From Cyanidioschyzon merolae (taxonomy: Eukaryota): DNA of 64,000 nucleotides. Under the pieces are notes generated by a model. That model was not told where the DNA came from and made no database searches. It worked only from the letters and a program-made list of their open reading frames with translations. Positions within the stretch are counted from its first letter, which is position 1. The number at the start of each line of letters is the position of its first letter. The stretch is taken from assembly GCA_000091205.1 (NCBI GenBank), contig AP006502.2, one strand, 5' to 3'. Position numbers and translations under genes: made by a program. Below, one piece after another: positions 10,416 through 21,913 of this stretch.

Positions 10416-11933
10416 TTGTTGCGCTGCGCAGTTTCGCGCCTGTCCCAGACGCATCCCTGGCGTTGCGCTATCGCAGCGACAATTTTCGCTTCAAAGCGTC
10501 TGGTTTCTGCTCGCCGCTGCTTTCCTCGGCGGCGTTTGATGCAGACAAGGAGTGCTAGGGTGCGAAAGTCGAGGTCACCGCGAGAAATGATCGAAAAGGA
10601 TGACGATTTTCTTGATAGACAAGCGCAACCGCGGACACGGACGCTACCGTTCGCAGCATTGCTGACGCGCTTCAGGAGGCGGCGGCTGGGACACGCGTCC
10701 GCTTTGCGAAGGCTCACGCTGAACCTGCTCGTCCTTTTGGGGCTATGGACGGCTCTGCGGCAGATGGTGTGCCTGGTAACACCTGTTATGAACTGGCTGG
10801 GTCAGCGCTCGGCTTGTTTGTCTGCCCGCGAGCGGCACTGGCTCGGGCTCGACGGCGAGTCGCTAGACCCGCTCAGCCCGTACGTTGTGGCGCCCAGCGC
10901 GCGCTCTCTCTATCACGCTTCCTGTAGCGACGATGTCATTGTAGTCGTGCGCACCTCTAAGAAAACCTATCCGAAACGAGCCCCGACGATTATCCGCACG
11001 TGGTTGCGCGACTTTCCTCGCGAGCGGGTATTCTTCGTCTCTCCCGACGCTCTACCAGACTATGGCGCGCAAGTCCTGGTACTCGATGTCCTGAGAACCG
11101 ATATTTACTATGGGCACACGTATAGTCCGGATGCCGTCGGGACGCCGGTTTTTCTAAGACTGATGAAAAAGTTTGGAGCGAACTACGTATTGATCGTCGA
11201 CGATGATACATATGTTTTTGGGGAGAACTTTTGCAAGACGCTGCATGAGTTGGAGTCGAGTCGGCGTTCTGAATTTTTGTATTCCGGGTTTAGTTTCTGT
11301 ATGGATGCACCATATGGTGCCTATATGAACAAACGCTGCATCACACCGCCCGAGGCGAAGCGACCTCTGCCAACGCATCGACCGTGCACCGTGGGTTTCG
11401 CCTACGGCGGTGGCGGCGTTGTCATGAATGAAGCGCTCGTTCGCGCACTTGCTTCAGTGGCGGACGAGTGCTGGAATGAGACCTACTGCATCCGCGGTGG
11501 ATCGTTGCGGACCTGGTGGTGTATGTATTATCATCCGGAAATTTTCAAGGGCAAGGAGCAGCACATGGATATGCATTGGTCCTTCATGCCGAATCGACCG
11601 TCATACTATTTACAAACCATGGGCGCGCGAGGCCTGGTCCAGGGTGTGCCTTTCAACTCGAGCTTCAGGCCAGCGAGTTTCCATCATGTCGAAGGCGCCG
11701 AGGCGTACTGGTTGTACTCATTGCGACTGGCTCCGGATCCGCGTCAGCTGAATGTGCCGTCAGATTGGCGCGGCCAGGTCACGATGGCGCACATATTTGG
11801 ACATCCGCCTCCATGGGCTGGTGACTGTGAAGGTAGCTTCTTTCGAAAAGCCCAAAAAGAGGCCGAGGAGCGAATGGAACGCTTTCGAGGTAAGCTCAAA
11901 CAAGTTCATCAGGAGGCGCGTCCACACCCCTGA
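10416..11933 (+). CDS. Type II membrane glycosyltransferase, GT31 fringe-like / beta-1,3-glycosyltransferase family
   Basis: The N-terminal region is basic, followed by a TM segment LTLNLLVLLGLWTALRQMVCLV. The luminal domain carries the fringe-family DDD motif in YVLIVDDDTYVFGENF, plus FAYGGGGVVMNEAL and WWCMYYHPE, typical of Fringe/B3GLCT-like folds. Confidence 0.6.
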   Translation: MLRCAVSRLSQTHPWRCAIAATIFASKRLVSARRCFPRRRLMQTRSARVRKSRSPREMIEKDDDFLDRQAQPRTRTLPFAALLTRFRRRRLGHASALRRLTLNLLVLLGLWTALRQMVCLVTPVMNWLGQRSACLSARERHWLGLDGESLDPLSPYVVAPSARSLYHASCSDDVIVVVRTSKKTYPKRAPTIIRTWLRDFPRERVFFVSPDALPDYGAQVLVLDVLRTDIYYGHTYSPDAVGTPVFLRLMKKFGANYVLIVDDDTYVFGENFCKTLHELESSRRSEFLYSGFSFCMDAPYGAYMNKRCITPPEAKRPLPTHRPCTVGFAYGGGGVVMNEALVRALASVADECWNETYCIRGGSLRTWWCMYYHPEIFKGKEQHMDMHWSFMPNRPSYYLQTMGARGLVQGVPFNSSFRPASFHHVEGAEAYWLYSLRLAPDPRQLNVPSDWRGQVTMAHIFGHPPPWAGDCEGSFFRKAQKEAEERMERFRGKLKQVHQEARPHP

Positions 11934-12300
11934 GGTGAATCTGTGGGGTTCGCTGCGATTTACCCGCATGCGAGCGAACAACGTTGACTGGACTCATTCC
12001 TGATGCGGATTGCTTCTCTATAAGCCTGTTAAGGCGCGCACTCTCGCATTCAAGGATACGTTGCATGTTCTAAAATATGCCAAGGGAAAACAACTTGTGC
12101 CGAACGACCGAGTACGGAGGGGACAGCGCCGAATGTGCGCCGAAGCCCTCGCCTCAGCAAGTGTCTCGCTCCATCAGTTGATACGGTGAACGCACCGATA
12201 GCGTCGTCTGCACAGAATGCCACAGTTCCACAGAGGGTGAGCGCGCGCGCGTGCATCACAAGCACGCTACTGGCCAGTGTGCGGATGATTGCGTTGCGCC

Positions 12301-14631
12301 CTACCGGCCCGCTGCACTCGACACTGCACCATGATTCGAAGACGCATCCTTCTCCCTTGCAACGCTTGAGGTCGGAGCGCCCTCACGCTCCATGAATCGA
12401 ACGAGGGACTCTTGCACCCGATTTCGGGCGACTTGATGTCGTATCAGCTTCGCCCAAGCTAAGACAAGCCACGGACCAGCACAAGAGAGTGCTGTCCAAG
12501 TGCGGCGCAGATGCGTGTATACCTCGCGAAGCGTTGGCGCCAACGCATCCGTGACACGACATGCATCGACGCCTTCGATGCAATCGATGGGATCGCGCCT
12601 CACCTCGGGCTGGGAAACGTTGCGCATGAGCGCGATCAGCAGCAGGAAGCGTGTCTCCAGCGTCATCGAGTTGCTGAGTGCGTGCACGCTCCGCCAACAA
12701 CCGGTCTCAAGTGCTTTTCGGTGCATTTGGCATCGTGCTAGTGCTCGCTCTAACCGCACTGGGACACTACCGGCAGAAAGCACAAGCAAACGTTCCAAAA
12801 GCGCCTCTAGTTGTTGCCGAAGAACAGGTGCGAGCTCGGTAAGCACGAGCACGTTGCGGCTTGGTACGGCGATGAATGGCGCTAGAGCAGTCATCAGGGA
12901 TTTGCAGTGATCGTGCGAAATCATGAGCGTATTTTGCTTACAGAGGACTAGCCGGACCTGGCGGAGGCACTCGGCAGCAAGGCGCTGCTCTCGCTTGCCG
13001 TTGTCCGCTGCGTGAGCGCCTAAGATACACCGGTAGGCGAACTTGATGGTCGCTAGAAGGCATTCGTAGTCAGCAAAGCGCTCAAAAATGGACCAGTCCG
13101 AAGAGGCAGGTACCCAGGAGCCATTCGTGAGCGATTCCATGGCACTCCCGCACCGTTGCCGCCAATGCGTACGCCATGCCGTTTCTGTCAGTGTCGGGTG
13201 ACACGACATGTGCAGCAGGTGCGAGGCCGCCCCGGCTTCCACAGCAGCTGAAACCAATTCTGGCAATATCATTGCAGGGCAACAGAGCACATCTGCCAGG
13301 ATGACGGAGAGCCGTGCGAACGCACGATCGGCCTGCGAGTCGCGAGGTTTGCTCCTCCAGTGCGGTTCCAGATGGTGTTTCCATATGTTGTGTGCCCAGT
13401 GCGAAAAACGCGATGGACCTGGATTCGCAGCATCATACGCTGACGGTGCGTGCTGTCTCAGACGCTGGGAACCGTCCACACACCGGCAAAGTAGATCATA
13501 GAGCCGCCCATCGCATGTGCGATCCTCAAGCACAAAGCTCACGAGAATCCGAAACGCTTCCGAGTAAAAGTTTTGCAATAACTGAGCGGTGGAAGCAGCT
13601 TGCACTGTAGAGGAGTTCATGGACTCTTGATCTACGAAGAGTAGAACAAGCGGGGCGACCGGCGACAGCTGCTCAAGTCGCAAGGCGCACGTCCGAAACG
13701 GCTTCGTCTCGATGACGTCTCTATCAGGATCCTCGTCCATGCTCGCGTCACCCTTCGCTACCAAATAGCCCGAAGACTCGTGTCTCTGTTCCATGTATGC
13801 GAACTCGTCCAGGAGCACCGGCAACTCCGGTGTTGTTTCGATACGGCAACCTGTGTACCGCTCGCCGAAACGGTGCGCAAGTGATATCAAAAGTTCCAGC
13901 GCGTCCAGCGACGACTCCAGACTCTCCGCTTGTTGCAGATGTGACCGATGTTGCATAGCAACGCAAGTCCTCGTCGTTGCTTCTTCGTCTTGGACAAAAT
14001 CTGGGCTGCCGCCATTCAAATGGATCCATGCTTGAACCAAGGCCACGAACGTGGTCTGTTCACATAAAAGTTCGACCAGTGTCGGTCGCAAGCGTGATGG
14101 AGCCGTGTTCAGGATTCGGCACAGGAGCTGAAAACTTTCCAAACGACAGCACAGGTCAGGAAGGGCAGCAGCGCTTGCAAGGCGCAGTACGACATTTGGC
14201 AACACAGGTGAGAGGTCAAGGTCGCTACCACTACATTGTAGCATGTTTAGCACGAGCTCTCCGGCCTGCTTGCGTAGGTGCGTTCTTGTGGGCTCGGTTG
14301 CTAGAATAGTGAGCCTTTCGAAAAGTCTCAGCCAGCTGTACGGAACCGAACCGATCCGCGTGCCGCGTCTCGCGAGCGAACGGAACAACACACTCAGCTT
14401 GTCAACGGCTTCTGCTCGCAGGGTCACATAGTGACTGCTCAGTTGTTCTTCGTAGCGTTGGAGTGCTGCGAGTACGGAACCAGTGTCTTCAACTGACTTT
14501 TGGACCGGTCGACGAAGGCGCTTGCTGACCGGGTTCACTTCCGTCCACGTTGCGGGTCGTCGGGGCGGTCCTAAACCGTGTTCGTGTCTCGCAGTAGTCA
14601 TGTTGAAAGCAGCTAGCTCTGAATCAGGCAC
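12301..14631 (-). CDS. Hypothetical 776-aa protein, probably an alpha-helical (ARM/HEAT-like) repeat protein. No family assigned
   Basis: The ORF is long, uninterrupted and Leu/Ala-rich, with codon usage like neighbouring genes. No catalytic motif was recognised. Antisense ORFs here (12500..12910 and others) are GC-driven artefacts. Confidence 0.5.
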   Translation of the reverse strand: MPDSELAAFNMTTARHEHGLGPPRRPATWTEVNPVSKRLRRPVQKSVEDTGSVLAALQRYEEQLSSHYVTLRAEAVDKLSVLFRSLARRGTRIGSVPYSWLRLFERLTILATEPTRTHLRKQAGELVLNMLQCSGSDLDLSPVLPNVVLRLASAAALPDLCCRLESFQLLCRILNTAPSRLRPTLVELLCEQTTFVALVQAWIHLNGGSPDFVQDEEATTRTCVAMQHRSHLQQAESLESSLDALELLISLAHRFGERYTGCRIETTPELPVLLDEFAYMEQRHESSGYLVAKGDASMDEDPDRDVIETKPFRTCALRLEQLSPVAPLVLLFVDQESMNSSTVQAASTAQLLQNFYSEAFRILVSFVLEDRTCDGRLYDLLCRCVDGSQRLRQHAPSAYDAANPGPSRFSHWAHNIWKHHLEPHWRSKPRDSQADRAFARLSVILADVLCCPAMILPELVSAAVEAGAASHLLHMSCHPTLTETAWRTHWRQRCGSAMESLTNGSWVPASSDWSIFERFADYECLLATIKFAYRCILGAHAADNGKREQRLAAECLRQVRLVLCKQNTLMISHDHCKSLMTALAPFIAVPSRNVLVLTELAPVLRQQLEALLERLLVLSAGSVPVRLERALARCQMHRKALETGCWRSVHALSNSMTLETRFLLLIALMRNVSQPEVRRDPIDCIEGVDACRVTDALAPTLREVYTHLRRTWTALSCAGPWLVLAWAKLIRHQVARNRVQESLVRFMEREGAPTSSVAREKDASSNHGAVSSAAGR

Positions 14632-15535
14632 TAGAGCTCTTTATAACAACAGAAAAGACATATATGCGCGAGCATAATACCAGTTTCAGAGGGCAGAGCG
14701 CTGGATATGCTGCTGTGTTGAACGTCGCAGCGGCGGCACCGCGTCGTCGAGCATCCAGTAGCAATGATCCTGTAGAAGATTCAGGGATTCGGGCGTAGAA
14801 GCACGAAGGCCGAGGTTTCCTCAGAATCATGGCAGTCCCTTTCGGGCAATTTGAAGGCGTATTTATCTTCTGTAAGTGTTTCTCATAAGCTGCAGCATTT
14901 ACGCGAGGCTGTGCTGGAAACCTTAGTAAGAAAACGTTGTTCCGCATAGCGTCGGAAAGGCGGCTTCGTCACTGTCGCTTCCGCTTCGAGTACTTGCACT
15001 GGTAAATGGTTAAGGAGCTCCACTGCACGTGATGTAAGAATTCGATAGCATCCAGAAGGACACCCCAAAGGTGAGCAGTCAATGCACGTCACAGGGGCGG
15101 TCGCTTCGTACCTGCTTCACTATGAGCCGTATAGGAAGCGCTGCATCCCCGTGTGTATCCAACGGCGCTCGTTCGCGTTTCAGCTCGTGAGACAGTGTTC
15201 AAAGTGAGATCATAGTGCCAGCTGCATCGGTTGCTGGTTCGCCCCGGACAGTATTTTCCCGGCCAAGGTTTCCTGGTTGTTGTTTGCTAATGGTGACGCT
15301 TTTCGTAGCCAATCCCTCCCCGTGCCCTGTATGAACAAGGTACACGATACTGGCTGCCTGGTTCGCTGGAGAAAACCTGCTCAGGCTTGTGCAAGACAAG
15401 GGGCAAGAATAGAAATAAATGAACATCTTGCGATCAAAGAAGCTTTTCTAGGTGTGCATGGTTCCTCTCCGATACCGATCGTCAGAAAACCCGAAAAAGA
15501 AGAATACCATAATCGTTTACCAGACGCCCAAGGTA

Positions 15536-15551
15536 TATATATATATACGCG
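15536..15551. repeat. (TA)8 microsatellite
   Basis: atatatatatatatac, read directly. Confidence 0.8.
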
Positions 15552-18367
15552 ACGCTCCGGCCTTTCGGAATTGCGGAACGCTACCACGCCAGGGCTATTC
15601 AGAGGACGGGAATCCTATTCCATTTTTCCTGACCACTGTTCTCCTTCCTTCGGAACGCTTCCGCATTTCGGCGCAATGTCCTCATTGAATTCTACTACGA
15701 TGGCCCCGAAAGTTTGCTCGACACAATGCCGCTGGACGTTCTGCAGGTAAGTGAAATTTCTGAATGCTCACCGAGGCGCTCAAGTCTCGGTGCGGAACGT
15801 GCTTGCGCACACTGTCGCTGGTGTGATTTCACCACAGCAGGCGTCGCGTCTTCGACTGCATCGCCATCTGGCGTTGGGTCAACGTAGCGTCAACCATCCT
15901 CTTGCATACGACTCTGTTTCATGCTCTACATCTGTATTTGTTTCAGCGTGCTCCCGTGCTCCCGATACGTTTTTGTGGTCCCGGAAGCATCGACGGGGAT
16001 CGCACGGCATCGATGCTTGCCCACGATGGACGCTCTTGTCGATAGAGCAGGCGTGCAGCCATTGCGCGCTGCAGCATCTCCACCGTCATAGTTTACCACC
16101 GAATGACGCGTCTTGACTGTTATTTGCTTTCTCAACACGTTGAAGAACACAGCGACTGCATGCTTCTTGCGTTTGCACAACCGATACCGTTTGCGACCCC
16201 AGCGCTATCTAACGTTCTGCTGCCGAGGCTTGTCCGTGTACGAAACTTGGGCGCCCATGAACTCTCTCAAGCGCAGAATCCCTTCAATCAGTTGCCGTTT
16301 TTCTGCACCAGTGAGGTGAAGGTGCAACGCCTATGGGATGCGCCACGTGAAGCGCTCGAGAATGACCCAAATACGTTTTTGATTGTTGAAGTTAGTCTGA
16401 TTACTTTTGGCACCTGCGGTGCAGATGTTCCGTTCGCAGTCGTTCCGCGGCGCCGCGTTATGGTATTCTAGAAAGCGTGTGTACAAATCTAGGATCCTAA
16501 AATCGGACCGCGGTTTGTCTTGTATCCCAAGCATTCGTTGTGTTGGCCCACGAAGATATGATCAAAGCATTCCTGTGCATCGATGGCGACTAACAGCTCT
16601 CTGTCCGGAACTCATTCGAATTGTTTTTTGGCGAGGCGCATCAAGGCCAGGGAAGCTAGTCGGACTTCCTCGGAGTAATACGCTACGCGATCCGGTATGG
16701 TGTCCAGCATCTCTGTCCCTTTGGTGGAGCCTCCCCGTTGATGAATCCCTGTTCGGAGGCCCTGACACGGGTTGCAGACGGGTCGCTACAGTCAGACAGG
16801 TTCTTCTTCCTATCCCGCGTCGTCTTAGTTTTTCAAGGATCTTTATGTTCTTTCTCCGGTGGTTTCTTCGCGCTCTTCCCAACATGGTAGAGTCTCATTG
16901 GATATGGTCGCTATCCTCCATACCCGTTTTCCTACGGATGCAGATGCGCTGGTTAGATTATTGCACTGAAACTCGTTTTGGGTATGCAAGCATCTACAAG
17001 TGCTCCAGTGCCTTTTCGTCACTCTCTCTGTCGCGAACACGCGCGTGGACAGAAACGCCTTTGCGCTCTGTTACGTGCACAAGCAGAAAAGTTAGAGACA
17101 AGTTCAGGGCTGGTGAAGGCAGAGAACGGCAAGTCGAAGAACGGCACCACGGACACGATCGATTTGTCCATTCGCCCGTGTGCTTGAGACGAGGTTTCTA
17201 AAGCAGAGAAGACGCCTGCGTATCTGTTAGACCCTAAAGAATAGGTTTGGACAAAGATCACCGCATTACCAATTTCAGATGCGTATTCCCTGATGAATTT
17301 TAAGTGCCAGAGAATGACAATTCCCATGCGCAGGACAAAAGCACGGAGCTAGGAGGAGCGAAGCATAAGATGTTTAACGATCTCGCCCGTTTGGCGATTT
17401 ACACAGCGAACACATCATTGAATCGCCGCTCATGCTGATATTGCCGTCCTTCGCGTTTGTCTCCTCTTTATGAACAGCGGCATATGGGTACTCTTTGAGC
17501 ATGCATGTACAGGGGGTCTACGATTCCTCCCGAATGGCGTTTCACCCAGTGAGAGGAACACTCGTGTCTCCCCGTGGCGAGCATTCGCGTTTCAGTACCA
17601 CGTCGATCGCGTGTTACTCAACACGCGCGACGGTTTCCCATGGATTGCTTCTTTTCCCTTGTTCATACGAGTCACTTCGTTGCGGTTCGCAGCAGCGGTA
17701 CGGAAATTTCACATCGAGTGACGTATTGTGTAGTATTGCTTACAGAGCGAATCGAGTGAATGAATCGACAAAGAGGCAGTCGTTTAGACAAATTTTTTAC
17801 GAGTTTCGTTTCGGAAGCAATACATTACGAATTCAGTCTGTGAGAACGGTTGTTTCCCTATCTGCTAACCGTTGAATGGCTGACTCGTACGAGTACAGCT
17901 CTTTCCCGTGAGCTAGCAACGAAATCATTTAGACTTGACACTATGCATCACGAATCTGCGTATTGCAATCCTTTTGTTGAATACTCGCGAAAAAAACAAA
18001 CAACAATGAAAACGGCGCGTTCGAACAGGTGTTCCATCATTCACAGTTTTGAGTACGCTACTGCAGCAAAGGCGCATGTTCGAACGTCTAGTCCCGAGGT
18101 GCACGTTCGGTGCTGTTCGCACGAATTCCAGCGCAACCGAAGAGCCACACGAAAGAAGCAACGCATGCTCCATGAGCCGCCTTGGTATGCAGGCTCTCGC
18201 CAACTGATGCACCGTCAGACTATGGCCGGCATTGACGCTGCCATGAGTCGTAGCTGTTCAAGGCGCTTGGCGGGAACGAGGCTGCGATGCGTGCGCATCA
18301 AGTCCGTGCATTCACGCGCAACGTCGCATGTATTCGTTGACCTGCGTGCTGCTGCGAACTTTCCCAG

Positions 18368-19816
18368 ATGGAGCAAGAAAACGCGGAAGAGCGCTTGATT
18401 AACGAAGAATACAAAATATGGAAAAAGAACACTCCGTTTCTCTATGATCTGGTGCTGACAAAGGCACTAGAATGGCCTTCTTTGACAGTGGAATGGCTTC
18501 CAGAGCGTCGGCTCGCTGAAGGGCACTCCAGCGTCCTCGCGAACCTGTTGCTTGGCACCCACACCTCCGATGCTGAGCAGAACTATCTCATGGTAGCAGA
18601 AGTCAGGCTTCCGTACTATGAGGGTGCGTCCGAGAACGCGCCGGCTCCGGGTGCTCCTGGAGCAGGAGCCGGAAAGGAGGCAGAGGCTAGCGGCTGCGAA
18701 GACACCCTGCTCAGCCGAATCGAAATTCGACAGAAGATCAACCACGATGGAGAAGTCAATCGCGCTCGCTACTGGCCGAAGAATCCCTTCATAGTGGCGA
18801 CCAAGTCACCATCGAGCGCCGTGTACTTGTATGACCTTTCAAAGCATCCGAGTAAGCCGCCTACCGACAGCCGCATTGAAGCGCAGGCGATTCTAACTGG
18901 TCATCAGCGGGAGGGTTTCGGCCTTGCTTGGTCGCCCGACGATCGAGGGAACCTCTTGTCATGCGCCGATGATATGCTCATTTGCCAGTATGACGTTCGG
19001 GCCGTCCTGGCTGGTGAGGTCGCCTCCGGCAATGGCACCGCTCCGACGCGATCGTCATCCGAACGTGTGTCAAACTGGGGTGGTCCGCCTCAGTACGGCC
19101 CGCTGAGAGTCTACACTGGCCACAAGGCCGTTGTGGAAGATGTAGCCTGGTGCATGCACAACGCCCATATGTTCGTGTCTGCCGGTGACGACCGCCAGAT
19201 CATGCTCTGGGATACGCGAGAGACGAGTTCGAGTCGAGCAGCTGCGACCTTTGAGGCCCACAAGGCTGAAGTCAATTGTGTCGCTTTCAGTCCTTTCAAC
19301 GCAAATTTGCTCGCTTCGGGATCCAGCGACTCTACGGTAGCTTTATGGGACATTCGATATCTGAAAATGAAAATACACTCATTTGAAGCGCATTCAGATG
19401 CTGTTCAACAGCTTGTGTGGTCACCGACTGAGGAAACGATTCTAGCCTCTGCAGCTGCGGACCGTAGGCTCATGATATGGGATCTTAGTCGAATCGGACA
19501 GGAGCAGTCCCCTGAAGACGCCGAAGATGGACCACCCGAGCTTTTATTTGTCCATGGTGGACATACTGCAAAGATAAGCGATTTCGGTTGGAGCCAGAAT
19601 GATCCGTGGCTCATCGCATCTGTTGCAGAAGATAACATATTGCAAGTTTGGCAAGTTGGTGAACATATCTACGCAGACGAGGACGAGGAGGACGAAGACG
19701 GCGCTGAAATCGAGTCTGAAAGCGATCCGGTGGGTGCACGTGACACTCCTGCTCATGGAGCCGAACGCTCGGATCTTGCTCCTGACGATGACGTGGACGC
19801 TGCGTTGTTGGAATGA
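18368..19816 (+). CDS. RBBP4/MSI1: WD40 histone-binding protein RbAp48/RBBP4 (MSI1 / CAF-1 subunit C / NURF55 family)
   Basis: EERLINEEYKIWKKNTPFLYDLVLTKALEWPSLTVEWLP is near-identical to the RBBP4 N-terminal helix. The match continues with ...IEIRQKINHDGEVNRARYWPKNPFIVATKSPSS, GHQREGFGLAWSP, VYTGHKAVVEDVAWC, FEAHKAEVNCVAFSP, GSSDSTVALWDIRYLKMKIHSFEAH, RRLMIWDLSRIGQEQSPEDAEDGPPELLFVHGGHTAKISDFGWS. The alignment is collinear with human RBBP4 throughout. Confidence 0.97.
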   Translation: MEQENAEERLINEEYKIWKKNTPFLYDLVLTKALEWPSLTVEWLPERRLAEGHSSVLANLLLGTHTSDAEQNYLMVAEVRLPYYEGASENAPAPGAPGAGAGKEAEASGCEDTLLSRIEIRQKINHDGEVNRARYWPKNPFIVATKSPSSAVYLYDLSKHPSKPPTDSRIEAQAILTGHQREGFGLAWSPDDRGNLLSCADDMLICQYDVRAVLAGEVASGNGTAPTRSSSERVSNWGGPPQYGPLRVYTGHKAVVEDVAWCMHNAHMFVSAGDDRQIMLWDTRETSSSRAAATFEAHKAEVNCVAFSPFNANLLASGSSDSTVALWDIRYLKMKIHSFEAHSDAVQQLVWSPTEETILASAAADRRLMIWDLSRIGQEQSPEDAEDGPPELLFVHGGHTAKISDFGWSQNDPWLIASVAEDNILQVWQVGEHIYADEDEEDEDGAEIESESDPVGARDTPAHGAERSDLAPDDDVDAALLE

Positions 19817-19938
19817 GCCAAGCGCTGCTTGCGAGCCCACAGAGCATGACGCAGGCGAGCATGCAAAGCGTAATGTTGACGGCGCGCTTGCGGATCACGC
19901 ACTAGGTCCGTATTAGATTCAAGTGGAGCATTGCACTG

Positions 19939-21282
19939 CTCGCTCTGGTCCTGCCTTGCGACTTTTCTCGAACATTTCTGTATACGCACCGCCTCGATAT
20001 TCGTATTCTAAACATAGGGGCGTAGGGATTCATACATCGTTTTAGGATTCTCGGTCGTCTATTCGGGGTTACGCTTTCGACGTTCGGTCGCTGAAATGCG
20101 GTGCATTACCAGAATCAGGATAGTTCGCGAAGCGCTCCAGCAAGGTTTCCCAGAATCACCTCCATCATCAGCTATTGCATACGCGCAAGCTTCCACGCAT
20201 CTCCTTTGCAAGCGTATCGCGTGCTCCAATCCTGCATTCTCCAACGTTTCGATCTTTCTGCTTCAAGGTAATTCGTGGATGCAGCAGTTCACGTCAATAG
20301 ATCGGCGAGGAAAACCACTGGACGTCGTCCCATGACGACTTGCTCACTAGCTCATGCCAAACGTTCACTGGACTGCTCACGTCCATTCCTCGGCCCGTTC
20401 CAAAGACAAGTCCTGTTCTCATTGTGGAGAACGACGAGACGAGATTCGGCAATAGCAGCACACGGCTCATAGCGTACGCTCCCAGAAGCTCTCGTCTCTG
20501 CTGTTCACATCGCGAAGCGTCCTGGACTCGCACTTGAGTCGAGACAGGGACCGCCTCTCACAGAGCAAGCGTCAACAATCTGCGTGAACGGAGCATAGGC
20601 GAAACGGAGTTTATCAACTTGGTCTCCAATCCGGAGTGTCTCTCCGACACCTGCTTCATCACGGACGTCGTGGCGTTCCACGTGTCCTGCATCGAACGGA
20701 GCAACGTGCGCTTCCAAGCGCAGCGTACAGGGTACTCGCGCATGGAATCGTTCAGAAGAACCCCGTCATCGCGTGGCACCGCACAGGGCGCAGGAACCGT
20801 GCAGACCGTTGGGCCAATGCTTCTATACCCGTCAAGGGCGTGTACCGTGCTAAGAGGGCAGCGTGCACGCGCCACAGGGTCTGTCTCGAAGGCGCGTTGA
20901 TTATCGACACCGAGAAATATCTGACTCTAGTGGCTGCATCACCGCTGCGAAGGACGCACCGAGGCCATATTCGCAAGCGTGACAATGGCACCCGCTGCGT
21001 AGATTGCAACTACGACCGCCTGCGCATGCCTTGCACGAACAATAGCCGAAAGCAGCGAAATCCTGACTTTCATGCTGCCGCCGACACCCTTTGACTACGC
21101 ACAACGCAGTGTGAGGAAAAGGAAAGATCGGCGTGTGTAAAACCGGAGCTCGAAAGAGAGCAAAGAGAAGCGGGTGCTGGGGAAAGCGCGCAAAGACTGT
21201 TCTTGATGGCAGAGGCACGAGTTCCAGATTTCCACGTGAACTCCGAGTCAGCGATGAAGGACTCCTTTCCATTGTACGCTGA
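19939..21282. repeat. Dispersed repeat family 1, copy 1 (~1.34 kb), ~99% identical to copy 2 at 35296..36640
   Basis: The two copies align directly from ctcgctctggtcctgccttgcgac... to ...ctcctttccattgtacgctga. Only about 9 mismatches were seen, for example atcaggatag vs atcagcatag and cgcacttgag vs cgcacgtgag. The flanks are unrelated. Confidence 0.95.
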
Positions 21283-21913
21283 TAGGCGTTGAAAGACGTG
21301 TCTGGGTTACGTTCTCGTGGCGTTGGTTTCGGGGAATGCACAACAAATTATTCGCTGTCATTGGTTATCGATTTCGTTCAATTTACAGATCTCGTCCGAT
21401 TTTCACGTAATTCGGAAACAAAACCCTTGGCTTGCATGGGAAACACTTGCGCGTTTACGTCCGAGGTGCCTCATCGGAAGCAGAGTCCTGCAACCAGCTC
21501 GAGCTGGTTGAAAAACATATCATTTTCGTTCCTCGCATGTTCGTTGCGCTCTTACCATGCATAAACCGAGGCGCAAATCTGGAGGCTCTACTAGAATCAC
21601 AACCTCCACTGACAAACGTTTGAGGGCGAATGCATCACGCGATGCAGCACTTGGCGAGGCGTTGCACTAGTCCAAGCAAGTTTGGTCCAACACGGAAAAA
21701 CAAAGTCCGAGCCTATTCCCATGTTCACATTCCGTGTCGCAGCTTACAAATGGCATCCATTCCATTACTTGCCTGTTGATCTGTTCCGGTCGCAAGTCCA
21801 CTGGCGATGCGAACGCGAGCCATGCGAATACTGCCCCCGGTGTGCGTCTCGCAGCAGATGGTGCTCGCGTACGAAAACGCGACCCGACAGCGATGTGTTT
21901 GGGACACGCTCCA

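Noticed and set aside
19939-21282. Helitron or TIR DNA-transposon interpretation of repeat family 1
   Set aside because: The termini are ctcgc… / …cgctga with no inverted-repeat complementarity, no TSD in either copy's flanks, and no 3' hairpin + CTRR. The unit is left as unclassified.
20059-21341. ORFs of up to 152 aa on both strands inside the 1.34-kb repeat, duplicated in copy 2
   Set aside because: Their recurrence only reflects 99% nucleotide identity. They have no recognisable domains and overlap each other in several frames, so they give no evidence for a coding gene.
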